A stretch of DNA of 64,000 nucleotides, from assembly GCA_964016885.1 (NCBI GenBank), contig OZ024750.1:49476001-49540000 (forward strand), in the 5' to 3' direction. The position numbers and the translations under genes are program-made. The DNA comes from Eledone cirrhosa. Its lineage: Eukaryota. The notes under the pieces are model-generated. The model had not been told where the DNA came from. It saw nothing but the letters and a program-made list of their open reading frames with translations, and ran no database searches. Below are positions 10,168-21,081 of this stretch, piece after piece. How positions within the stretch are numbered: position 1 is the stretch's first letter; each line of letters starts with the position of its first letter.

Positions 10168-11736
10168 ATGCCTTTACATTTACCAGGTTATAATTATTGT
10201 GGTCCATACACAAACAATTTACAAAAACAACCTGTTAACGAATTAGATAAATGCTGTCAAATACACGACATAGAATACGGTAAAACAGAGGTAGATATAG
10301 CAGAAGCAGATAATAGATTAATACAGTGTTCTGAAAATATAGGCGGAGTAGCGGCGTTCGTAGTAGCAAACACAATCAAAGCTAAGAATTGGGTTATGCC
10401 ACCGGCGAACAAAAAAAGAAGAGTAGAAGAAGAACAATCTAAGAAAAATCAAGAAGACCTTTGCGACGCATCAGACGAAGACTTTGTATCACAAGACAGC
10501 GGAATTAATAGTCAAACAGTAGACATGGGTGATCCACATGTAGGTCCAGCTCCTGGGGGCTCAGCAGCAATGGCAAGTGGAGATCAACCACCAGACATAG
10601 GCGATAAAAATCCAATCGTTTCAAAAAAATTTTCAAGAACTTTCATACACTACATAAACTGTTCGGATAATCCTACAGATAAAGCAATATACAAAACACA
10701 TGATGATGAATACATAGAATTAACAATAAAACACAGAGCATCATACATACCATATACAGAATTAAAAGCTAGTATGACAATAGCAGAATTAGAAACATAT
10801 TTAACACCTTGCAATAATTTCAGAGTTAAATCATGTGGGTATCAAATATCAAATATAATTCCTTTAACAGACGAATTAGGAACATTACAAAATACAACTA
10901 CAACTAACACAACATTCAATACAAGACCATGGATGATACATTACGTCGATAATAAATACTGTTTATTTCCTAATCAAACATACTTAATAGGACATTTAAA
11001 CAATAATTGGACACATAACGTACCATTAACAAGGGAAGAAGGGAAACTAAATCAATGCATTACAAATAGATTAATTAGAAAAGATTGGTGGTTATGGCAA
11101 GATACTAAGGCAGCGAAACCTACAGAACAAGAAATACCAGCAGAAGAAATATTGTCTTATTTAAACACTGGTCAATTTCAATTCGTTTACGCTGGGGACA
11201 CAGCAGGATATACATGGGTAAATAGAACTCCAAGTTGGTTCAATATGATGAACTATTATGCATTTAATTCTACATACGAACCACCAACAATAAAACTAAC
11301 TAACGGGTTACCATGCGAAATAAATACTTATTCGGGGGCTAAAAAAAGTGCATGGGCACCAACGGAAAAAGGGGCATGGAGTAAATCAATGGCGGTAGAT
11401 AAATCAAATGAAGAACAAAACACTGGCAGATCACATTTAACACAGTTTCCAATAAATCCATCTAATCCACCGCCAATAGCTACTTTAGATTCTGTACCTA
11501 TTCTAGATTCTCAAAACAATCCGGCTAAAATATCATTCATGATCACAATAACTTATCATTCTGAAATAGATTTCGAATATATTTCTGGCAGTCCACAAAC
11601 CATGGGTTGGATGGCATGGGGAAAAGACAATGCAACAATACAAAATTCAGCCAAAACAAATCTATGTAAATGGCCGCAAGGTTTACGTAATTATGAAATA
11701 ACGAGAGTCGGTAAAACCCGACAAGCTCATCGTTAA
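10168..11736 (+). CDS. VP1: Parvoviral capsid protein with N-terminal PLA2 domain (522 aa, intact), copy 1
   Basis: Ca-binding loop LPGYNYCGP, catalytic NELDKCCQIHDIEY and ADNRL, NLS-like PANKKRR, Gly-rich segment near internal Met residues, T/N-rich capsid-like body. Confidence 0.9.
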   Translation: MPLHLPGYNYCGPYTNNLQKQPVNELDKCCQIHDIEYGKTEVDIAEADNRLIQCSENIGGVAAFVVANTIKAKNWVMPPANKKRRVEEEQSKKNQEDLCDASDEDFVSQDSGINSQTVDMGDPHVGPAPGGSAAMASGDQPPDIGDKNPIVSKKFSRTFIHYINCSDNPTDKAIYKTHDDEYIELTIKHRASYIPYTELKASMTIAELETYLTPCNNFRVKSCGYQISNIIPLTDELGTLQNTTTTNTTFNTRPWMIHYVDNKYCLFPNQTYLIGHLNNNWTHNVPLTREEGKLNQCITNRLIRKDWWLWQDTKAAKPTEQEIPAEEILSYLNTGQFQFVYAGDTAGYTWVNRTPSWFNMMNYYAFNSTYEPPTIKLTNGLPCEINTYSGAKKSAWAPTEKGAWSKSMAVDKSNEEQNTGRSHLTQFPINPSNPPPIATLDSVPILDSQNNPAKISFMITITYHSEIDFEYISGSPQTMGWMAWGKDNATIQNSAKTNLCKWPQGLRNYEITRVGKTRQAHR

Positions 11737-11775
11737 AGTAATATTACAACAAATCTATCCATTTTATATTTGCAG

Positions 11776-12531
11776 AAAAGAGGAATAAAAATGTACATGT
11801 GCATTTATCCTTGGATACTTGAAACGGACTTCAGTTGGGACAACGGTAGAGTTCCGATACAACACGACGAAATAACAACAAACGATTTCGACGAAAAAGA
11901 AGGGGCATACAAGAATAACTTTCTAATTAATGCAAACAGAAAAATAATAGAATTTATTCAAATCAACAAGGCAACAGTAATTTACCATCCAAAAGAATCA
12001 AAAATATGCGACAAAAAGGAATGGAATGCGTTCAACCACTTCCATATCATATGGAATTCAGAGATAAGACCAGGAGAAAACCAACGTCTCAAATACGTGA
12101 GAAGCTTGTACAAAAAGGGAACACAGTTAGCGCGATACATACCAGAGTGTCAAAGAGTAAAGTTCCCTAGCAGCATGGCCAATTACTTCTGCCAACCACC
12201 GAGATATTTACTGATAAAAGGCCTCGGTTCTATAAACTCTGAATTTGCAGAATGGTGCTCGAAAGAATACGTACCTAAATGTAGCCCAACACCTAAAACG
12301 AGTACATCAACAAGACATGCCACGGACGAACCGACATTCAAAAGCAGAAGTGGTACGACTTTAACTCTATTCAACTACCTGACGTATATATTCACATCAA
12401 AAAAATTTCGAAACGAACAGGAGATGAAAACACACTGGCTTAACCGAGCAAACAACGAAGTATTTATTTCGCATGGTAACCCGTTAGTTAGTTTTATTGT
12501 TGGTGGTTCGTATGTAGAATTAAATGCATAA
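11776..12531 (+). pseudogene. NS1: Truncated NS1 exon 2 (HUH endonuclease region only) fused to antisense capsid sequence, copy 1
   Basis: Matches copy 3 NS1 up to ..WLNRANNE (12459), then reads into inverted copy 2. No helicase domain. Confidence 0.88.
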
Positions 12532-13619
12532 TAGTTCATCATATTGAACCAACTTGGAGTTCTATTTACCCATGTATATCCTGCTGTGTCCCCAGCGTAA
12601 ACGAATTGAAATTGACCAGTGTTTAAATAAGACAATATTTCTTCTGCTGGTATTTCTTGTTCTGTAGGTTTCGCTGCCTTAGTATCTTGCCATAACCACC
12701 AATCTTTTCTAATTAATCTATTTGTAATGCATTGATTTAGTTTCCCTTCTTCCCTTGTTAATGGTACGTTATGTGTCCAATTATTGTTTAAATGTCCTAT
12801 TAAGTATGTTTGATTAGGAAATAAACAGTATTTATTATCGACGTAATGTATCATCCATGGTCTTGTATTGAATGTTGTGTTAGTTGTAGTTGTATTTTGT
12901 AATGTTCCTAATTCGTCTGTTAAAGGAATTATATTTGATATTTGATACCCACATGATTTAACTCTGAAATTATTGCAAGGTGTTAAATATGTTTCTAATT
13001 CTGCTATTGTCATACTAGCTTTTAATTCTGTATATGGTATGTATGATGCTCTGTGTTTTATTGTTAATTCTATGTATTCATCATCATGTGTTTTGTATAT
13101 TGCTTTATCTGTAGGATTATCCGAACAGTTTATGTAGTGTATGAAAGTTCTTGAAAATTTTTTTGAAACGATTGGATTTTTATCGCCTATGTCTGGTGGT
13201 TGATCTCCACTTGCCATTGCTGCTGAGCCCCCAGGAGCTGGACCTACATGTGGATCACCCATGTCTACTGTTTGACTATTAATTCCGCTGTCTTGTGATA
13301 CAAAGTCTTCGTCTGATGCGTCGCAAAGGTCTTCTTGATTTTTCTTAGATTGTTCTTCTTCTACTCTTCTTTTTTTGTTCGCCGGTGGCATAACCCAATT
13401 CTTAGCTTTGATTGTGTTTGCTACTACGAACGCCGCTACTCCGCCTATATTTTCAGAACACTGTATTAATCTATTATCTGCTTCTGCTATATCTACCTCT
13501 GTTTTACCGTATTCTATGTCGTGTATTTGACAGCATTTATCTAATTCGTTAACAGGTTGTTTTTGTAAATTGTTTGTGTATGGACCACAATAATTATAAC
13601 CTGGTAAATGTAAAGGCAT
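12375..13619 (-). pseudogene. VP1: 3'-truncated capsid ORF of inverted copy 2 (414 aa; tail derived from antisense NS1)
   Basis: Matches copy 1 VP up to ..GLPCEINT, then crosses the 12458 junction. Confidence 0.9.
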
Positions 13620-15586
13620 TCTGACTTACCGCCAAAGAAGTAATCATATCTCGATCTCTCGTCTTTAAATCTTCGTAATTCATGTTGATCTTTTTGCGGA
13701 GTAACGGCGTTCGTATCTGCAAGATGTCTGCTGAGTTGTGGCAGTTTGAGTTGCGCGCTCTTTGTTTTTATATCTCGATTCTTGCTGACGTTAGCATATT
13801 GAATTACTGTCACGTGGTTCTATTTATACTTTTGCTAACGCAAGCATTATTTTTTGCTGATGTAGCTTTAATATTGCGTCATTTCTTAACTGTCAAATCT
13901 TGCTTTGTAATTTGATATCTTTGCCTGTCCCCTCTCCTAACTGTGCTATGCACTGAACTTTTGGATAGGAGACCTGACCGGGAGGGAGGGAGGTTGAGGA
14001 ATCTAAAGAATTTAGCGGATACCTATCCGCTAAATTCTTTAGATTCCTCAACCTCCCTCCCTCCCGGTCAGGTCTCCTATCCAAAAGTTCAGTGCATAGC
14101 ACAGTTAGGAGAGGGGACAGGCAAAGATATCAAATTACAAAGCAAGATTTGACAGTTAAGAAATGACGCAATATTAAAGCTACATCAGCAAAAAATAATG
14201 CTTGCGTTAGCAAAAGTATAAATAGAACCACGTGACAGTAATTCAATATGCTAACGTCAGCAAGAATCGAGATATAAAAACAAAGAGCGCGCAACTCAAA
14301 CTGCCACAACTCAGCAGACATCTTGCAGATACGAACGCCGTTACTCCGCAAAAAGATCAACATGAATTACGAAGATTTAAAGACGAGAGATCGAGATATG
14401 ATTACTTCTTTGGCGGTAAGTCAGAATGCCTTTACATTTACCAGGTTATAATTATTGTGGTCCATACACAAACAATTTACAAAAACAACCTGTTAACGAA
14501 TTAGATAAATGCTGTCAAATACACGACATAGAATACGGTAAAACAGAGGTAGATATAGCAGAAGCAGATAATAGATTAATACAGTGTTCTGAAAATATAG
14601 GCGGAGTAGCGGCGTTCGTAGTAGCAAACACAATCAAAGCTAAGAATTGGGTTATGCCACCGGCGAACAAAAAAAGAAGAGTAGAAGAAGAACAATCTAA
14701 GAAAAATCAAGAAGACCTTTGCGACGCATCAGACGAAGACTTTGTATCACAAGACAGCGGAATTAATAGTCAAACAGTAGACATGGGTGATCCACATGTA
14801 GGTCCAGCTCCTGGGGGCTCAGCAGCAATGGCAAGTGGAGATCAACCACCAGACATAGGCGATAAAAATCCAATCGTTTCAAAAAAATTTTCAAGAACTT
14901 TCATACACTACATAAACTGTTCGGATAATCCTACAGATAAAGCAATATACAAAACACATGATGATGAATACATAGAATTACAATAAAACACAGAGCATCA
15001 TACATACCATATACAGAATTAAAAGCTAGTATGACAATAGCAGAATTAGAAACATATTTAACACCTTGCAATAATTTCAGAGTTAAATCATGTGGGTATC
15101 AAATATCAAATATAATTCCTTTAACAGACGAATTAGGAACATTACAAAATACAACTACAACTAACACAACATTCAATACAAGACCATGGATGATACATTA
15201 CGTCGATAATAAATACTGTTTATTTCCTAATCAAACATACTTAATAGGACATTTAAACAATAATTGGACACATAACGTACCATTAACAAGGGAAGAAGGG
15301 AAACTAAATCAATGCATTACAAATAGATTAATTAGAAAAGATTGGTGGTTATGGCAAGATACTAAGGCAGCGAAACCTACAGAACAAGAAATACCAGCAG
15401 AAGAAATATTGTCTTATTTAAACACTGGTCAATTTCAATTCGTTTACGCTGGGGACACAGCAGGATATACATGGGTAAATAGAACTCCAAGTTGGTTCAA
15501 TATGATGAACTATTATGCATTTAATTCTACATACGAACCACCAACAATAAAACTAACTAACGGGTTACCATGCGAAATAAATACTT
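12458..15586. repeat. Giant palindrome: ~1564-bp arms around a 2-nt CC spacer (14022-14023)
   Basis: Centre reads ..tttagcggata-CC-tatccgctaaa.. The only difference noticed between arms is the 1-bp deletion near 14980. Confidence 0.93.
14362..14415 (+). CDS. NS1: Predicted NS1 exon 1, copy 3
   Basis: Same sequence as 10104-10157. Donor GT at 14416, acceptor AG at 16031-16032. Confidence 0.72.
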
Positions 15587-15993
15587 ATTCGGGGGCTAAA
15601 AAAAGTGCATGGGCACCAACGGAAAAAGGGGCATGGAGTAAATCAATGGCGGTAGATAAATCAAATGAAGAACAAAACACTGGCAGATCACATTTAACAC
15701 AGTTTCCAATAAATCCATCTAATCCACCGCCAATAGCTACTTTAGATTCTGTACCTATTCTAGATTCTCAAAACAATCCGGCTAAAATATCATTCATGAT
15801 CACAATAACTTATCATTCTGAAATAGATTTCGAATATATTTCTGGCAGTCCACAAACCATGGGTTGGATGGCATGGGGAAAAGACAATGCAACAATACAA
15901 AATTCAGCCAAAACAAATCTATGTAAATGGCCGCAAGGTTTACGTAATTATGAAATAACGAGAGTCGGTAAAACCCGACAAGCTCATCGTTAA
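14426..15993 (+). pseudogene. VP1: Capsid ORF of copy 3, split by a 1-bp deletion at ~14980
   Basis: gaattaacaata (copies 1 and 2) versus gaattacaata (copy 3), giving ORFs of 186 and 320 aa. May be a sequencing error. Confidence 0.85.
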
Positions 15994-16032
15994 AGTAATA
16001 TTACAACAAATCTATCCATTTTATATTTGCAG

Positions 16033-17376
16033 AAAAGAGGAATAAAAATGTACATGTGCATTTATCCTTGGATACTTGAAACGGACTTCAGTTGGGACAA
16101 CGGTAGAGTTCCGATACAACACGACGAAATAACAACAAACGATTTCGACGAAAAAGAAGGGGCATACAAGAATAACTTTCTAATTAATGCAAACAGAAAA
16201 ATAATAGAATTTATTCAAATCAACAAGGCAACAGTAATTTACCATCCAAAAGAATCAAAAATATGCGACAAAAAGGAATGGAATGCGTTCAACCACTTCC
16301 ATATCATATGGAATTCAGAGATAAGACCAGGAGAAAACCAACGTCTCAAATACGTGAGAAGCTTGTACAAAAAGGGAACACAGTTAGCGCGATACATACC
16401 AGAGTGTCAAAGAGTAAAGTTCCCTAGCAGCATGGCCAATTACTTCTGCCAACCACCGAGATATTTACTGATAAAAGGCCTCGGTTCTATAAACTCTGAA
16501 TTTGCAGAATGGTGCTCGAAAGAATACGTACCTAAATGTAGCCCAACACCTAAAACGAGTACATCAACAAGACATGCCACGGACGAACCGACATTCAAAA
16601 GCAGAAGTGGTACGACTTTAACTCTATTCAACTACCTGACGTATATATTCACATCAAAAAAATTTCGAAACGAACAGGAGATGAAAACACACTGGCTTAA
16701 CCGAGCAAACAACGAAAATTTCATGCGCGCTATCAGTCATCCCATGTACGACAGCGTCATGAAGAAAGTACTCGAATGCGTGAAACTGAAAACACTGATA
16801 ATGCCATTCAAAGAGAAGTTCGAGAATATGAATTGGAAACAATTTGAAAACACCAAATTATGGATGGATACCGAAACTTCGTTGAAAATATTTAGATCAA
16901 TAATTATGACACAAGACATAGACGAAGAAGAACTTGTAAAATGTATTTGGGATTTGCTTAATAAATACAAAGCCAAAACAAACTTGCTTGTATTCACCGG
17001 CCTGCCTAACACAGGCAAATCAATGATCGCGCGTAGTATATCTAACATGTTTACGCACGTCAGTACCATTCAAGGAACGAGCAGCTTCCCTTTCCAGAAT
17101 TTAATAAATGTGGAGCTAGGTCTCATAGAAGAACCTAACTTCTCTCTTGAAACTCTACAAACTTTTAAGAAATTGGCGGAAGGGACGGATACTGAGGTAT
17201 CAGTTAAATTCCGTCAAGACCAAATAGTACACAGGACACCATTAATAATAACTTCGAATAATAAATTCGATAAAAATGCTCCTATAGAGGAAAAAATTGC
17301 TTTCATTACGCGTTACAATGAATTCAATTTCATTGCCGCATCACCTTTCAATACCAATTGTAGAAACAATTATTAG
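16033..17376 (+). CDS. NS1: NS1/Rep exon 2: HUH endonuclease + SF3 helicase; C-terminus truncated and ending in host DNA
   Basis: HUH motif NHFHIIW, candidate catalytic Tyr in ANYF, Walker A GLPNTGKS, Walker B LIEE, B' KKLAEG..VSVK, motif C LIITSN, Arg finger AFITR. The stop TAG lies inside the host TSD. Confidence 0.93.
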   Translation, partial: KRGIKMYMCIYPWILETDFSWDNGRVPIQHDEITTNDFDEKEGAYKNNFLINANRKIIEFIQINKATVIYHPKESKICDKKEWNAFNHFHIIWNSEIRPGENQRLKYVRSLYKKGTQLARYIPECQRVKFPSSMANYFCQPPRYLLIKGLGSINSEFAEWCSKEYVPKCSPTPKTSTSTRHATDEPTFKSRSGTTLTLFNYLTYIFTSKKFRNEQEMKTHWLNRANNENFMRAISHPMYDSVMKKVLECVKLKTLIMPFKEKFENMNWKQFENTKLWMDTETSLKIFRSIIMTQDIDEEELVKCIWDLLNKYKAKTNLLVFTGLPNTGKSMIARSISNMFTHVSTIQGTSSFPFQNLINVELGLIEEPNFSLETLQTFKKLAEGTDTEVSVKFRQDQIVHRTPLIITSNNKFDKNAPIEEKIAFITRYNEFNFIAASPFNTNCRNNY

Positions 17377-20300
17377 TCTCACACGCTTGGTGAGAGTATG
17401 TTATGCGACGTTTCGCGCATAAGCACTTCATCAGGAGAGTGACGGGCGGGGGGGGGGGGAGTTAGCGAGAAAAATAAAAATAAAAATAAATTGAAAATGG
17501 AACATGAAGTGGAAAAATGTTATATAAAAAAAAACAGAATATTAAAAAGTGAGAAGGATGTATGGATCTGCGAGAAAGGGCAAGGAAAAATGAAGTCTGA
17601 GCGGTGATGGCTAAAGGTGAGGTGTGTGTGTTTCTGTCTGTATATATATATACGTCTGTGTATGTGTATGCCTGCATGTAAGTGTGAGAGTCAGGGGGAG
17701 AGCGGGCGTACGCGACTGCGGCTTTTGAAAAATATGTGTGTGTGTGTATTTGTGTGTTTGTGTGTTTGTGTGGGTGTGTGTGTGTGAATTTGTTTTACTA
17801 CTACCTCTAAACAGAAATCCTTTTGCTGACAGTGTGTTCCACTTTACTATTTGGGAATCGCAAACTTCATAGTAATAAACGTTAATGATAGCCTTCATAT
17901 GATGTTTCATAACTATTCATATCACATTCTATTTAAGATTACTAGCATGGACATTTCATTGATTAGGAACTGATCATAATTTTGGTGTTATATATACCCT
18001 GTATAATTATCTTTAACTGCTGTTTAAATTCTGAATTCAGAATTCTGAAAGACTTATCTAGCCATTATATCCTAGTTTATTAAGCGCCAAATATACATGT
18101 GAAACATTGGAGATGAAATTGTCTGGCGAATATTTTCATCAAAATCACCCCAAATTTTTATTTCGTCGCACAGTCACTACAATATTGATATCAATATTCT
18201 GAGAATCTAATCCTGTATAAGACTTCCTAATCCGCATTCATTTTTAATTGAACTAGCGAATATTTTTACTTGAACAAAAATATTTAGATCTGAAAATATT
18301 TTCCTAAGATACACATATATTAGTATGCCCATGAGCCTCATTATCAACTGAAACTTGGACTTGTTTCAGGCGCATGCGAGGCGTGCTATAAATCTCGTTT
18401 CACCCTATGTGCCCTATATTTATTAGTGCTCGAGAAATCACTGAGATCCAGCAATGACGAGACCTCGGCATGTGAAGGAAAATTAAAGCTCACTTTACGA
18501 TGGGTTTGCTGTAAAATTACGACTTCATTAGGGATAGAGCATCAGAGATGGTGATCAGATGCCCCCTTCAATATACCGGTAGAAGTAATGTTCTGAGTGG
18601 AACGAAGCAACGTGAAATAAAGTGTTTCGTTCAAGGACATAATGCATTATCGGGAATCGAATTGACGACTATCAACATGCACTGCACCAAGACCACTTCC
18701 CAAATCACTTAAACACGCACCTTCATTATTCAACGGTGTTTTTGTCGACCGCAGAGTAACATGTTCGTTGGTGTTACAAAATGATATTTCGTTTATCCCC
18801 AAAAATATATATAGATTAATATTTATAGATATATGAAATACCTGAATTTGGTGACTAAATATATGTAACGACATGGGTTAAAGTGCAATGAATATTTTGT
18901 ATAATACATCATCATACAACACTAAACACTGTACATTTACTTAAGCTTAGTAATAACATGTATTTAATTGATATATTTATTTTAACAGGTTTGAGAGGAA
19001 CATAAACATGCTCAGTATGAAAATATAAGATTCATTGTGTTCATAATTATCATATACTTTTTTATAGATATAGTGAAATTTTCATTGTGTACATATACTT
19101 TAAACAATTTAGAAAAATTGGAAATTCTGAAAAATGCTGTAAACCGGAGAAAGTAAACTGCATCATATATGTGTGTTATGAAACATATAATGGTTTATAA
19201 TTTAGGCACAAGTCCAGCAGTTTGGGAGATGATAGTTAATGAATTTGAACGCAGAGTGTAATGGGCCGCAACCATGTTGTTCTACGTATGTGAATTGTTC
19301 TCTGGAGAATACCACGCCAGAAAAAAATTGGACGTGCTAGTTGCTAATTACCGTAGGTATTCTGAATAAAATTTGGGCTTTTGCAAAACAACAACAACGC
19401 ATATAAGCAGCAATTAAGGTTAGCTGAAGTCTGGGTATTTGATGCCTTATGCTAGTACTTACAATGTGACTGTCCTCCCAGTTATGCAAACCAATCGGCT
19501 AAACAAAATAATTTCAGCTTACATTTAAGTTAATGAATCCGAGTCATGATGCTTCTTACAATGACTACACTACTAATATTGCTAAGTCTGCATTTCCACT
19601 TTATAGTCACTCTCCTGTTAGTTTATAGTGTGATATATCCCTCAAAAAGCACATATTATTCTCCTAGGGCTGCTCTGCAGCAGAATTATTTGGCGATATA
19701 TTTATTGATCGCTGGAAATGTGTATACATTGGATATATTTTACACAATTTTACATAAAGCACTTATCCTTTCAGGTTCGGCAACGTGTCTCTCTTAAGGA
19801 CAGCAGAATGGTGTGGGGTGTTAAAAACGACGAAGCAAAAACAAAGTACATTGAATGTTTTCCTACCTTTATCAAAGTAATCCGACCGCTATGTATAGCA
19901 ATTCAAGCCAAAACATAGAGATTCCCTCGTGATCCTGTTTTATTATGAAGTAGGGGATAATGCTAAGACAGATGTCAGAGATTAAACCCCTCAAATGATT
20001 GATTAAGGTATATCTAATTATATACTTAAAGCGATTCACGTAAATCCCTCCTAAAGGACATTGAGTTTGGCACAACAATATACAAAATATATTCATTTTG
20101 TAAATATTCATATTCCATATATGTAACTATTTATATAAGTATAGACCAAAGAATATGATAGGGAGAACGCGAGATGTAAAATATATATATGTATTTATTT
20201 GTATTGAAATAGTAATAGAATTGTCACCGTAATATTGACTAAACAATATAGTCCAATAATGGGGCTCATAAAACTACTGAAAAGAAAAGCATCTGAAAAG

Positions 20301-20458
20301 AAAAGCATCGCCGAGCGCAGATTTGGAGGTATGGAATTGATTCTTATATTCATTGATACCCATTGTTTTTACGTTCAGTTGATGTAAACGTCCCTTTATT
20401 AAAATATATTATGTAGGCAAATTTTCAACTCTAAAATGTTGCTCACCGCGTTCCAAAC

Positions 20459-20558
<100 letters not shown>

Positions 20559-20591
20559 CTCTCTCTCCCTCACTCTCTCTCTGTCTCTCTT

Positions 20592-20671
<80 letters not shown>

Positions 20672-20672
<1 letters not shown>

Positions 20673-20850
20673 CGTAGGAGGTGTGGTAAGGAACTTGATG
20701 GACCTTAACGCACCAGAGTACTCAATACTTAGGGCAGTAGAGTGGGTAATAGGAAAATGTTTGACACCGAGGGCAGAGCGCAAGCCGTTTCGACGTCCAG
20801 AAATAGCCGTCGAAACGGCTTGAGCAATGCTGTCGGTGTCAAACATTTCA
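20672..20850. repeat. Short non-autonomous hairpin repeat between TA microsatellites; related inverted copy at ~29716-29928
   Basis: Internal palindrome aaatgtttgacaccga..tcggtgtcaaacattt. Shared 'accagagtactcaat..gtagagtgggtaat' segment with the second copy. Confidence 0.65.
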
Positions 20851-20941
<91 letters not shown>

Positions 20942-21081
20942 ATCTCTCTCTCTCTCTCTCCCTTAATATATATATATATATATAGTAATAATAATAAATT
21001 TGAAGACTAAAATCCAAAGAGGGCTCGATAAGGATAAATATATATCAAATATATAAGAACCCTAGAGCAAATATTTATTAA

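Larger units (their letters stand above)
9764..17359. mobile_element. Endogenous parvoviral (densovirus-like) element; concatemer of copy 1 (+, 9764-12459), copy 2 (-, 12458-14021) and copy 3 (+, 14022-~17359)
   Basis: PLA2-containing capsid ORFs and HUH/SF3 NS1 ORFs. Copies appear essentially identical (offset 4258 between copies 1 and 3). Flanked by host SINE halves and a TSD. Confidence 0.93.

Noticed and set aside
9974-10246. 90-aa ORF upstream of and overlapping VP (also 14232..14504 and 13541..13813)
   Set aside because: It has a GTG start within the promoter region and no recognisable motif. Its frame is out of phase with the NS acceptor, whereas the ATG 10104 frame is in phase.
13893-14152. 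Mirror 69-aa ORFs across the palindrome centre
   Set aside because: By-products of the palindromic non-coding terminus.
17360-17376. Apparent natural NS1 C-terminus (..CRNNY*)
   Set aside because: These codons come from the SINE remnant and the host TSD. The true viral 3' end and right terminus are missing.
18980-19990. Possible host exons after ttttaacag (18988) and tcctttcag (19773)
   Set aside because: No consistent open frame, donor pairing or recognisable protein.
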